NCBI RefSeq assembly: GCF_964355755.1
Contig: NC_092673.1
Location: 25,913,648-25,977,647, forward strand
Length of the DNA: 64,000 nt
DNA from: Antedon mediterranea
Taxonomy: Eukaryota; Animalia; Echinodermata
Direction: 5' to 3'
Both the position numbers and the translations under genes were made by a program. The notes below the pieces were generated by a model. It did no database searches. It was not told the origin of the DNA and saw nothing but the letters and a program-made list of their open reading frames with translations. Positions 50,314 through 62,883 of the stretch are shown one piece after another. The stretch's first letter is position 1, and each line of letters starts with the position of its first letter.

Positions 50314-52999
50314 TAGGGGTGTAGATAGAAACTCTATCAGACCGCCAGTAAGTTGAGAGAGTTCAAAAAGAGTACGAAGAAGAAGGTGCTGTCGTGTTCT
50401 TCGGATAACTCTATAAATATCTCAACGCCTACACAACATTTACATACAATGTTTGAGGATTCGGAGGATAAACGGAATATTTTCTAGGTCCCAGCCATAA
50501 TTCTGATAATAAATTAATATGGAACGATAAAGATGACAAAATATGGATTATTAAAAACTTCCAAAATATAATCTTCTGATTAATATGCAGACATCCATCA
50601 CCCAGGGCTTTTAAATAAATGTTTAATGCTAAAACTATTATATTCCACATGTTATATTTATTTACATTACATTTAATAAAAATAAACGAAACTGTTATTT
50701 GAATTGCTGCAATGAATATGAGAGATAACAAGTAAGAATGCTTTGTGTTCGCTGTCAGCGGAGATTATACGATGAGGAAAAACGGGTTTAAAAGCGACAT
50801 TGATATATCATTTTAATATAATGTTCTCGTTATATTAAGTTTTCTTTGTGATTAGAGATTGAATTTACATTTTGAATTAATTATATATCCTACTAAAAAT
50901 ATTTTAATTAAAACTTTCGATTGTCCGTTGATAGAAGTGATGGTAAAGAATATTAATAAGTTAGAGATAGCTTTGTGATTTCTAAAAATATCTATAAATA
51001 ATACATATAAGTAAGTAGACATTCTTTTTCTAGTTTTTCAATATAAATAGGTTGTTGATAAATACACAATCGTTTTTAATATTTTCAATATAAATAGTGT
51101 GTTGACATATATAATACGTCGTTTCGCCGAATATTCTTCTGACTTTTTATTTTTTTTGCTGTAAAGTTTCCTTATTTTCTATAGGTCCGTTTAAGTTTTT
51201 TAATTTTCTTGGTAGTAAATGATTCCAACACCTCTTGCCATTTACATTGCGGCTTTAGATATTATAGTATGACAATTTAGGGCATATTTCAGCAAGATCG
51301 AGCACCCATAATGACAAATCAACACAGATACCTGACCTATAACTAAATTGAATTCTTCATAGGCCTAATTGTAAACTCTGCCTCATTTCAGTTCAGTAAG
51401 ACATCATGAATAAATTAAAGTCTGACATTAACAATAATCAAACTTTCTGCATACCTTGTACAATTGCCGTAAAGTTCATGGTATAGCCTGTCTAGGTTCA
51501 AAAGTAAAATATGTGTTGTACAATACTTTCTATATGTCATGACTTCCCAATAATGAAATATGTTCAAAACTACAGTATTGCATTTCAGTTTAATATTCCA
51601 TTTCTGCGACAGGTAACTAACAACCTGTGCTTAACTATCTCAACTATTAGTAAATTTACATATTTTGGTCCTGTTTTGTGATCTAAATATATTCTTATGC
51701 ATAAATACAGCTATCAATAACTTAAGTATAAAACCTTTGCAATGATCAGTTATCTTATCAATCCATGCTACATTAAGAGGGACAATTTAAACTTATCGAA
51801 TGATGATTCAAGTGCTACGGTATTATCTGTTTTATACCCTACGATTTATATTAAGATATGACAGCAATGCACAGATTGAGCACAATGTATATACATCCTA
51901 CTTATCGACATGGCAGGCGTTGTCGTAAATCATATATGATTAGGAAATTGCAAAAAGCGTATACTTATACTAATAATATTACAGGAACTGTTACGTAGTG
52001 AGTTTGTAATGTTAAATGGCAAGAAGGACAACGAAAATCAATACTGAATTGAGTTTCAACGTGATCATAAACGGTAATAATCAATAATTTTAATATTCAG
52101 CAATTGCTTCGACGTTAACGCGTTTTGCGTTAACAATCACAATTATTGCGTTAAAGAGCAAGGTGGTGTTTTTTGTGTGTTAATGTTTGCGTTGCGACCA
52201 TCAATTTACGATTCAAAATACGAACATGATTTGATTTTCTCAAACCAAAGTTCCAACTGTGAGTTAAACTATAGGCCTATTATTACTGTTTTACAGAATG
52301 TACTTTACGTATACTAAAATCAGACCTTTGTCTGAACGTATTGCAAAAACGTAGACTGACTAGACATAGCAGCTGTAGACATCAAATTAGACCCTTGAAA
52401 TAGGCCTAACGCTTAATATGGTACAAAGACAGTACTGTTTAAGATACAATGAAAACTTGTACTTTGTTAACATTCACATTTATTCGTTAAAAGTGCAGTT
52501 TATTCACACGATTATAACGAACGCAATACGAGTTCACACGTAAAGTAAACCAAATCAGTGACGAACCCATGACTGTCGCCTGTTGGACGCCATGGTAACG
52601 TGTGAACAAGTATACGCTGAAAACTCATATTGTTTTTTAATGTGTCCCATACAATGGGCATCTCAAGAATTAATTATACCGAAGTGCATTATGTTTTGTT
52701 GTTTCACGGAAATTAGTCCCGGGACGGTCCATTACTCCCACGGTATACATAATGTATTGTTACCATTTCTCTGATCGTAGGCGTTTAATTATAATCACAG
52801 TTATATACAAAATAGTAGCACAATATAAGTGTCATATTGTAAACCAATATCACTCCTAGGGGTAGATTTTCTTTCTCAAATTACCATAAGACAAAAAAAT
52901 AGCTGTTTCATCTGTACATTTTACAAATCAGCAATTTATTAGTTTTTTTTAATATAGCTTAGTGGGTATTAAACAAGAAACAGTTTGATAAAGACAAAA

Positions 53000-53309
53000 T
53001 GCTCGATTGGCCAATCAGAGGGCAGTTATGCAATGTCATGTGACTACCGACGAGGCGTTATGTGACCAAACTGTACTTAACGTGTTCCTATTTAGTAAAG
53101 GGGATTTAGTGAAATGTTATCAATTGAAGGCTTTCGTTCACAATTAATAGCCAGGCAAACATTGTTAGCCAAAGTGTTATTGATGTTGTGTGCAAATCCA
53201 AATGGTGAATTATCTCCTGATTGAGTGAGTATTTCATCTTGCCTAACTCTTCTTGGCGAAGGATTCAGTGAAGTTAAAACGTTTCTTACACACAACGTAA
53301 ACAGTAAGT
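53000..53309 (+). promoter_or_regulatory. Candidate promoter and non-coding first exon of the knottin-like gene
   Basis: Overlapping CCAAT boxes (ATTGGCCAAT near 53007), E-box GTCATGTGAC near 53035, and donor ACA|GTAAGT at 53304. There is an acceptor TTAACAG at 54504, 12 nt before the ATG. Confidence 0.35.
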
Positions 53310-54516
53310 AGGCCTAATTATTTCATTAACAGTAAAAATTACAGTTTCAACTAATCATTAGCAATCATAATGCAACCTTTGCGCGCTTGCAAATTGGTAA
53401 AAATGTACTTAGCTGGCGCTGCCTCTGATTAAGTGGCTTAATATGCCGTAATATATTAGGGTAAAAACACGAGCACGAGAAATAAACTTTGCGCCTGCAA
53501 CAATACTTTCAACAATTATGCATTTTTACATTAAAAAGTATAATAATGTGCAGTAATAACCTTTAAAAATCAACGTGTATTACATAGCAAAATGGTATGA
53601 TTTAAAATTACGTTAGCAGTGACCTTCGGGACCGTCAGCGACTTGCAGTCCAGTGTAGAAATTAATAGCACTAGTGTGTCTGGGAATTAATAAAAACAAT
53701 GACATCAGAAATTAATAACAACGCATAACAAGAACAACATGATCAATGTGCGTCACAAATTAGGTAACTGGCATTATTATGTTCCATGCCTGCAATGTCT
53801 ATTCCGTTTGCATTTCCATTGAAAAGTCCGCCCTCTTGAAAAAAAAAAATTGTGACAGATAAATTCTGGGGTATTTCATTTTAAAATATTTAAAATAAAA
53901 AGATAGATTACATTTTAAAGTTTATTTAAAGTTTTTAAACCTCTTAAAAATACGGGATTCCCATTTGCGGATGTCTAGAACCTTTAATAAATCTGTCACC
54001 ACAGCCAACTACCCTATTTTCACCTCCTCAATTCACGAATACAGTACAGTACTTATAAATCATGCCTTCTGACATTTACGTTTTTTCAAAGAATTAAGGA
54101 ACCCTTCCAAATGCTTAATTCTCCTTACCAGAGTTCAATAGTACAGACCACTAATGCAGTTGGTTATACCGTACATAAAACGTTCAAAAACCAACTAAAT
54201 AAAAATGAAATGAAATTAATGAAAAGCCATTTGATATATGAGAATATAAATAATAAATTACAGTGAATTCTTTTTGTAAATAATAGATAACAGAGGGTGT
54301 TTTTTCTTTCTATAACATTAACTATTTAACATTTTTTTCTTCTGCTTTCACTTCTATCACGTTTAAACCATGTTATTCGTTTCCAACGATTTATAAAAAC
54401 AATTAATTAGATGGTTGGATAGATTGTTGGATGGATGGTTTGTTAAATAACAATTTATTTAATCAATTGATTGATTGATTAGTTTTATGAATCCATTATT
54501 AACAGATTCTGAAAAT

Positions 54517-55203
54517 ATGGGATGTTCAACATTCATCGAATTATTAGTAATGTTCTTGTTGCTAGGACTCTTGACAACGATAGACGCGCGAACTAGAAGC
54601 AACGAGCCACAACGCAAGACTTCCATATTCAAGGTAAGCATTAATGGTTGGTCAGCCTTTTCCCAATCCCACACAGCGCCAGCCAGACATGATGTGATAC
54701 CAAAAGAAAAAAAAAATACAACTAGAAAACCGCACCGAATGATTTATAACCAATAACCAATATCATATTATATGAATACAAATCAAAGCACACTTTACAA
54801 ATTTTCTACCATGATTCAACATACACACTATACAGATGCGCTAATGCTGAAATGACAAATATAGAACGCAACAAGGGCAGGTAGTCGTGTATGATTAAAT
54901 TAATTTGGAATTCGATAAAAATAGCAAAAATAATAACAAAACAATCGTTAAATGTTGTTTTTACATTATTTCTTCTTTTAACAGAACCCAGACTGCGGTA
55001 CAGAGCAAACATTCACCGCGTGCGGGACAGCAGTACATGGTTGGTTACAAGGTTTACCCGAATGTTGTCCCGGCTACAGATGTGTCAACGTACTTCAAAA
55101 ATCACGAAATACACACTCGGGATACCGAATAGTACCGAAGTGTCGCCGATCATCAGCACCACAATCAAGGCGGAAGTTTCGGTTCAACCGCAAGCAAGGT
55201 TGA
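54517..55203 (+). CDS. Putative secreted cysteine-rich (knottin/ICK-framework) peptide precursor, 2 coding exons, 111 aa
   Basis: Exon 54517-54633 encodes MGCSTFIELLVMFLLLGLLTTIDARTRSNEPQRKTSIFK (hydrophobic signal peptide) and ends at donor AAG|GTAAGC. It joins in phase 0 to 54985-55203 after TTTCTTCTTTTAACAG, encoding NPDCGTEQTFTACGTAVHGWLQGLPECCPGYRCVNVLQKSRNTHSGYRIVPKCRRSSAPQSRRKFRFNRKQG then stop. Confidence 0.75.
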
Positions 55204-56105
55204 TAATGTGTCATGCTACTGTTTTCATATTTATCTAGACTATATTTAAAATCTTGAGAACAAACTCAAACATTACTGGAAAAACAGCACGAACAGAACA
55301 TATCTCGCTATTATGTTTTGTATCATATATGAATCTCATTTAACAAACCAAAACTGATATCGTGTGTCTTGACTGTACATTAGTCCATTCGCCATATACA
55401 ATTTGTGATGGATAATTTATATTATAGAAAATCATTATTTATTTATTTATTTATCAAAGGCCAATTATGACAATGACAATGCTGTGGGTATCGGTGGTTG
55501 GATCTCAATGCAGATACTAATAAAATAAGCAGCAAGCCTAATCAAAATCAAAACAAAAAACGAAAAACTGCCAGAAAGAAGTAACACTAACACTTCCAAG
55601 TGAGCGTAAAAAATAGTAAGCCTTTCAGACATGACAGCGTTGAAAATGAAATCACATCAGTTGAATGGAAGCCGACAACATTTTCTGCTCAAGTTTTATA
55701 CCCGAATGAAACATCATAAGATCTACATTTGAGAAAAGAACAATGAAAATAAAAGTACGGTGTAAACCTGGAGGAAATATAATTATTAAACTATTTCCTT
55801 CTTGGTGTAGGTATTTTAGGATACTGTTTGTATACACTTAGTGAAATCTGCCGTCTTACAAATTAAAACAAGAATTATGGTACAAATTGGAGTCAAAATG
55901 GAATCCAAGACGAGGAGCACAAAGCCATGTTCCAGACACACCCAAAGAGTCATCTCTGATTGATAAAAACTGCATCGTTAAAATCTTCAACCGAAGTTAT
56001 TGTTATGGTGTAAATCCTAACAATATTTTTTTTGTATTGAATTTGAGTATATCATTCAAACTTCAGGTAAAATAAAATCATAGTTTCCCTATTGCTCTAA
56101 ACTTA

Positions 56106-56262
56106 CGTTCTATCTACGCTATCAAACTTTATGTGACGAAAAAATGTGACGAGCCCTTAATAGACACGATAATGTCATATTATTACCTGATTTGTGCATA
56201 TCACTACCATATTTGGATACATCACACGTTTTTTGTCCAAATTTGACAGTGTAGACAAAGCT
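56106..56262. mobile_element. Tourist-like MITE (AGCTCTGTCTACAC family), diverged
   Basis: Degenerate TIRs and TSD TTA. Confidence 0.75.
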
Positions 56263-59200
56263 TTATTTCTTGCTTTTAAAACCCAAGAAAGTTTCTTCAA
56301 GAAATTCACTTGATTCTAAAAACCAATATCTCCAATCCTCGCAATTGGTAATTCAGACATTTTGATGGTTACTATGCCAATGCGCAGGCGCAACTTACCG
56401 TAACTCACCGCCAATTGGCGCATAATGTTACGTTGTATAGTTTGGTTTCTTAATAGTGTTGTATAAATAAATGTCGTGCCTTGTTGATACATTTATTTTG
56501 TTCGATAAAGAAAACGACTGTAGTGTTATAATATTTAAATATAATCATATTTAGATGATTAGATTGATATTAATTTCTATAATTACGAATAACTATAGAT
56601 CTATACATCGTATTTATATTCCATGTGTTAATATTAGTTATAATTATCTATATAATAGTGTTATGTAACATTGATATTATTGTATGTGATTAAAGGAAGA
56701 TACGTTTAAACTTATCTGTTACTTGGCTTACATATTTAGATGTGGAAGCAGGAAAATTGTTTTTCAATTGCCATCAATCAATCATTGATTCTCTCAATAA
56801 TAGTTTTTTTTTTAAAAGAGGGCATATTATTATTTCAAATCTTTAATAACATGCTAAACAAATTAATTATTATTAATGACATTTATAAAGAATATTCTTC
56901 AATGATCAATATAATTATTATCGACCTTCGAAGTATAATCAATATTAATAATAATCAATTTTGGCTTTGAATGTAAATCGTCTGCAAATCACTTTAAAAA
57001 CACTACCGTATCAATCAGTTATTTTACAACTGATTAAAATGATGATTAATTTTTCATTTAGTTTTACTGCTGGATGTGACAGTAGCATATTCAAAGAATA
57101 TTTGTCATTTGCAAGCAAAATGCACACCTTTGTATTTCCTTATAAAGGTTAGAGAATGAGTGATCTGCACTCAGATTCCTAACCTTAGAAAAACGACTTA
57201 AACTTTAAGATTCTACAGTCAGTGTGAATCGTCACTATGACGTCACAGACGCGCATTATAGCAATTTCCTTAATTTTTTGTTGGCTGTAGACGATGCCAA
57301 AGGATTATAATATAACTCTCTTGCCCATTTTTATAAATAATGTCAAATCGGGTCATCTTAAAGGAATGCATGACGTCTGATCATACTACTGAGGGCGGGG
57401 AGCAGATCCAAGTGAAGTAAATGAATTGTCATCATCATCGGTCAAAGTCGACCGGAAATCCTTATACAAAAGGGATGGATTATCCTAATAACGTCACGTA
57501 AGAGAAGATTATCTTAATAACGATCGCGTAAATTTAAGCCGTGGGTTATGCATCAGGTCATCGTAAGCATGGCATTAGCAGTGACGCGGTGTCAGCGATA
57601 ATTGATGCATTTCGGCAGATCCAAACTCACATCTTCGTTTGAGATTGCTATGGATGGCTGCCTTCCATTCATGCGTAATTTATGCGTTCTTAAACGCGTA
57701 ATTGGGGTTTCACGTGCAGTTTTCCACCAACGCCAACCAACAGTCGTTGGGATTTAAAGGCTCGTATTTAAAGGCGTGATAAGTGTTTAGGCAGATCAAA
57801 ATTACCATCACGACATTAAAATGTATAGGCATACTTTTGGCCAATTTTAAATCTGCTTGTTAAATTTTCCAATCTAGATTTTTCTTTCTTGTATTTTACA
57901 CTGATGATATAGTAGGTAGCCGAGTTCACTTTCAATGTTAAAAAATAATACTTTATTCATTGTGACATGGTTCTCTGCTATTTATACCTTTTAACGTATT
58001 TTAATCACATACAGTAGCTATACTTTTAACCATCTTTATTCATCACTGTATATACGACAGCGGTATATAACGCGATGTCGACTTTCTGGCGCTGTTTCTA
58101 TTTCCAGAAACAATATCTGCATGCACTGTCTCAGTACTACAACTATACTATTTATACTGTATCAATAACCAATGTATCGTTCAGATATAGGCATGTACCA
58201 TTCAGGGACTCTCGGTCCTTGCAGATATTATCATAATCTTTAAAAAGTATGCGGACACTCATATCAGAATTCCACAATATCGCTCACAGACCTACCACAC
58301 CCCCACCATTTAAAAATGGTACCCACCCATGATTACATGTGAATACTGAAATGTAAGCTGTTTGACAGAAAAATGTACACATGGCATTGGTGCTGAAAGA
58401 ATCGGACATTCTTACTCACTTGTTTCTAATCAGAAAGCAAAAAAAAATCAAGATTATATAACCTGTCTTTTTAAGGCGCTCGTAATGTTTAAATGAATCA
58501 AACATTATATTCATTATCTAATAAAACTATATTTTTAATTAAGCTATCTACGTCAGCAATATCAGTTTGCTCATGGAAATATGATATTTAACTTCAACAA
58601 CATTGTTGTAATTGCTGTGACGGAAACATAAAATGTCTGAAAACATGTGCCTCGATATTATTTTGTTTTACTTTTCATTGGTTATATATATCAATAGGAC
58701 CAACTATGTTGTCATATGCTTTTTAACACCTTTATTTTATACGTGAGCCTATATTTATTATCTGAATACAACGAGAGAATATGTTCCAAGTTCAGATTGG
58801 CGATTATATTATGAGACGGTTGTTAAGTATAGTAATTATATTATTAGCACGATTTCGGAACTACAGAACAGTAATACCTGGCACGCCGAACGTGCCTTTA
58901 GATGTCTTTTTAACACCGTCGTATAACGTTAATAATTAACGCTGATTGTAAAGCGTCTATACAAACGAGTTATGCTCCAACATATTATGTAAACACGCAA
59001 ACACATTAAAGTAATCCGACTGCAATGGGTCTATTGATATAATCTTATCTTATCAACATTAAATCGAAACCTGATTGTTTTATCCATAAGACAGGTTTAC
59101 CCAAATATATTTTGATTTGGTAACATGGACGGTCTCATTTTCGTTCTTACGCGTAAAGTGAGCCAAAACTGGACGTGTATGCGCATGCCTAAAAGGTAAT

Positions 59201-62200
59201 CAGCGTTCTGATAGCCTCCGTAACTGAGATAGGATAACCCCCACTCACCCCCACTACTCCATATGAATGTGTAAGCGTGTTCAACCAATATAGTCTATTA
59301 TTTAGGCTACACTAATGACGACATGATACTCTGTCAACATTACAGCAGCAATATGCCGTGTAATCAATGCATTAGCCTCGTCGTTGAAATTGAATTACGC
59401 ACGGGACACACCAGCCAATTCATTTATCGCCTCTTCATGTTTATTTCATGTTTAAATTATTATGGTGTGGACAGAGGTCTAATTCAATCACTATGTCAAC
59501 TTACGTTTCGCGTTTAGTGAAAGATAAACAAGCAACTAACTCATGCACAAACTTAATTCAAGTTGATTTCCTCAATTATTGTTGTTTGTTAAGTTAATTA
59601 AATGGTATTCTCCAAAGGTATTAATCGTTTCCCATTTGAGACAAATCACCGGATCTCTTATCGTAAAAAAAGTTGTTTGTAGTTGTAGGAAATACTGAAG
59701 AGGAACGGAAGGCTAAACAACAGTAGCAATAGTTAGGATTCTCCTCTTACTACGGGAGGCTTCAAATTAAAATTATTAAAAATTTTCTTAAAAATTACGT
59801 CCACATTGAACCCGGATTCGGTCACGTTATCATAGAAAACTTTTCGATCACAGACGTACATTTTGTACGGAATACGAAATGCGTTCGTTGTGCGTAGTTC
59901 TATTTTTAAACACGATTTTTTATCTAGCAACCGAAACTGAATCCGGACTCAGTATGTACTTCAACATAGCTACGGGAGCTGGGAACCGACCTGTGATAAT
60001 ATAATACTCAAAAAGCTTAACTTCCATTTTGGTATTAGCAAATCACATGGAATCGCTTTAGTAATCGTAAAAGCTGTCCAGATCATTTGTAGGCTAAGTC
60101 TTCTCGGACTTTAAAATCCGTTCATTCCAGGTCCGTGATTACTCAACCGAGATTATAAACGATTCAAATAACTTTCCCTTTAAGTTGGTTGGCTCAACGA
60201 TAAGAATTGTTACACAACAGAAAGTAAATATTTCAATTTGGCAATTTCATAAAAAAATTCATTTAAAGTTTTAAACGAAAGTAACAAATACTTTTCCGTC
60301 AATATATATATAAGTTCATATAACTAGGATAATAAAGTAATAGATTTAAAGAAATCATCGGAAATATCCTGGACATTTAGGTCAGGTCTCATTGGCCTGG
60401 TCTAGTTTGTCTGACCGCCGGCAATGGGGTGCCGGAGTTTAATTTAACTAGAATCTCCCTTAATTTGATTTGGGAATAATATTTCATTTGGAAACTGTCC
60501 AAGTTATAACCGATTCTCCAACACACCTTCAAAAGAAAAAAAAATGTGAGAGTAGGTATGAGAACAATTTTTCAACTAAATCTAAAATTGTCTATTGCCA
60601 GACATTGGATGTTATTAAGCCAAACAAAACGACTATACAGTCAGTAAGAACCAATGTTTAACTTTCGAGTGAGGAGAAAACTATAGGTTTTCACACATTG
60701 TCCACTCAGACGGCCGGACAAGATAAGTAGTACTTATTTTGTCCTTGATTCAGAAGACACTTCTATGTTAAAAGAGGGCACTTTTTTGGCTTCAGACCCC
60801 CTTTAATAGGAATTCTACTGTATCACATTTCATCATGAATTTCATTTTTTAAGTAAAATTTAATTCTTATATATTTTTCTGTATGCCGTACCTATTTTGG
60901 TTAATCCTATAATTTGTTAAAATCGTATATAGAGTTTCTATTTCTAACGACCTATATATTTATATACTTGTGGGAGTCTACGGTATGTTTTTATTTATAT
61001 AAATTACAATAAGTTATAATCATAGTTTATCCATCCTATAATTGGTGAGTTTCTCGCGGTTGAATGTGCGTATGAAAAAGAAAAAAGAAAAAAAGACACT
61101 TGTTAAAGAGATATCCGTATTGAAAAGTAAGGCAATTTCTGTATGAAGTATGAATCCCTATATTACTCTTTTTCTTTATTTTCTTGTTTGTATTTAGGTA
61201 AATTGCCAAGGATAACTATAAGCGAATTCATTCACTATCTTTCTTAAGGTGGCAATCCCGTTCACAAAACAAACATACACAAGATGCTCTACATAAGTCT
61301 TTGGAAGTGGAGTTGGAGTTCTTACATTGCATAATAGTATCGGTCGTGATTAAAAAAAGGGGTTAGGATAGGCCTAATAGACAAACTCCTAATGTTTTTG
61401 TTTTTTTAGTTTTTAATTAGTTTTTTATGTTCACGTCCCGCTTGTTTGCATATGTTAAGGCAGATTCCTTTAGTCTTATTTATTATCTTTATTTTGAATA
61501 CTCTATCATCGATAAACATATTATATAATCATTCTTAATGGCTATTTCAAATCAACCAGTGCGTGCCTTTACATTTTTGCGCAGTCAGGTCCGACTCAGG
61601 CGGTTGATAAATACCACGTAATGTTTTCAATGTAAAACGTTGCCGAGCAATTAACTGCAGGTCACATCACGGAATAAAATCATCACATGTGCACACAGGT
61701 GGTCATTATAAAATTGCTGTTTATATAATATTGTTATTAAATTTATTGGTGCAAATGGAACGACTATTAGACTAATATAAATATCCACTTAATACATCGT
61801 TATCAATGCATGAACGCAATTAACTCAAACAGCGACGAGAGTATTAACTTTCCTGATTCAGTTCAGTGGCATTTATAACGGTATTAATGTTTGCGGATTC
61901 TTAATTCTGCTTCTTTGCAAATAATTTTTAGAAAATTCAAAGCTCACAAAATAAATGCCCGTTAGAATTTTGTGATTTATCGTATCTTTTATAGAAAAAT
62001 ACTGTAATTTTTTCGAATTGCAAACAATTACGGTCCGCGAAAATAAAAAACTTTACGGTAAACTGATTTATTGCATCTATTTCTGTAATAATTTGTACTG
62101 AAGTACACTTGGTAGGAATCCATTATCAGATGAATAGATTTAGACTTTGTTTGTATATCAGTTATCGACCAATATCGGCTAACAGACAATAATCCGTCAT

Positions 62201-62441
62201 AGTGATTACACGTAAACATCCTATGAATGCTAAATATGTGTCAATCGCTTCACTTAATTAAAATAATTATAATATATAATAATTATAATATATAATAATT
62301 ATAATACTACATACTAAATAATTAATAGTGAGAGATACATTTTTCGCAAAAAAAATACAATAAAAGAAATGTGTATGAAAGCGTGATGTTTATTGTATTT
62401 GATTTTTTAATTAAATAACATGGAATAAACATCTACCTTAA

Positions 62442-62883
62442 AGATGATTGTCCCCCAAAAACATGAAAAATTAAGATTAATTAAATCAGATTTTGAGTAG
62501 GTTATTTTGTAGTTTTTAGTCGCGTGGACGCGACTCTATAGTTCACTATGTCGGTCGGTCGGTCGGTCTGTCGGTCTGTCGGTCTGTCTGTCGGTCCGGT
62601 ATCACTATGCGTTTTAGCACGCGACTTATGGCTGTTGGCCTTGTTATAAAGTTAATCCCTTCCGTAAACAAAAATAATGTCAAATTATCGTATCTTTTAT
62701 AAATAATTCAAACCAAAAACCCATTGGCTGGCAGACAATTTGACTATTTTTTGCTTTAGGCCTAAATTAATTAAATAATTTGTTTTCGATTCAATTTTTG
62801 TTAAATTTGATAACTACATTGAAATGGCATATTCAACAACAAAAAATGTTTAAAAAAATATTTTTCAGGGGGACAATACATCT
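62442..62883. mobile_element. Kolobok-like MITE interrupted by a short HINE
   Basis: TTAA|AGATGATTGTCCCC ... GGGGACAATACATCT|TAA, with AG...CT termini at a TTAA-like site. Confidence 0.7.
62514..62645 (+). mobile_element. HINE/DINE-1-like element, short form
   Basis: Same termini, sub-TIRs, (GTCY)n and 3' stem-loop as 8913-9700, without the central segment. Confidence 0.78.

Noticed and set aside
50429-50731. 100-aa minus-strand ORF with a hydrophobic start
   Set aside because: TTG start with an in-frame stop upstream, no convincing splice partners, and no recognisable motif.
54891-55238. ORF-track 115-aa and 75-aa ORFs over the knottin exon
   Set aside because: They start at non-ATG codons within intronic sequence. 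The third frame, set by the phase-0 splice, gives the coherent cysteine framework.
55629-55732. Possible extra terminal exon of the knottin-like gene via donor AAG|GTTGAT at 55198
   Set aside because: Weak donor, short pyrimidine tract, and an in-frame stop already follows at 55201. Unsupported without RNA data.
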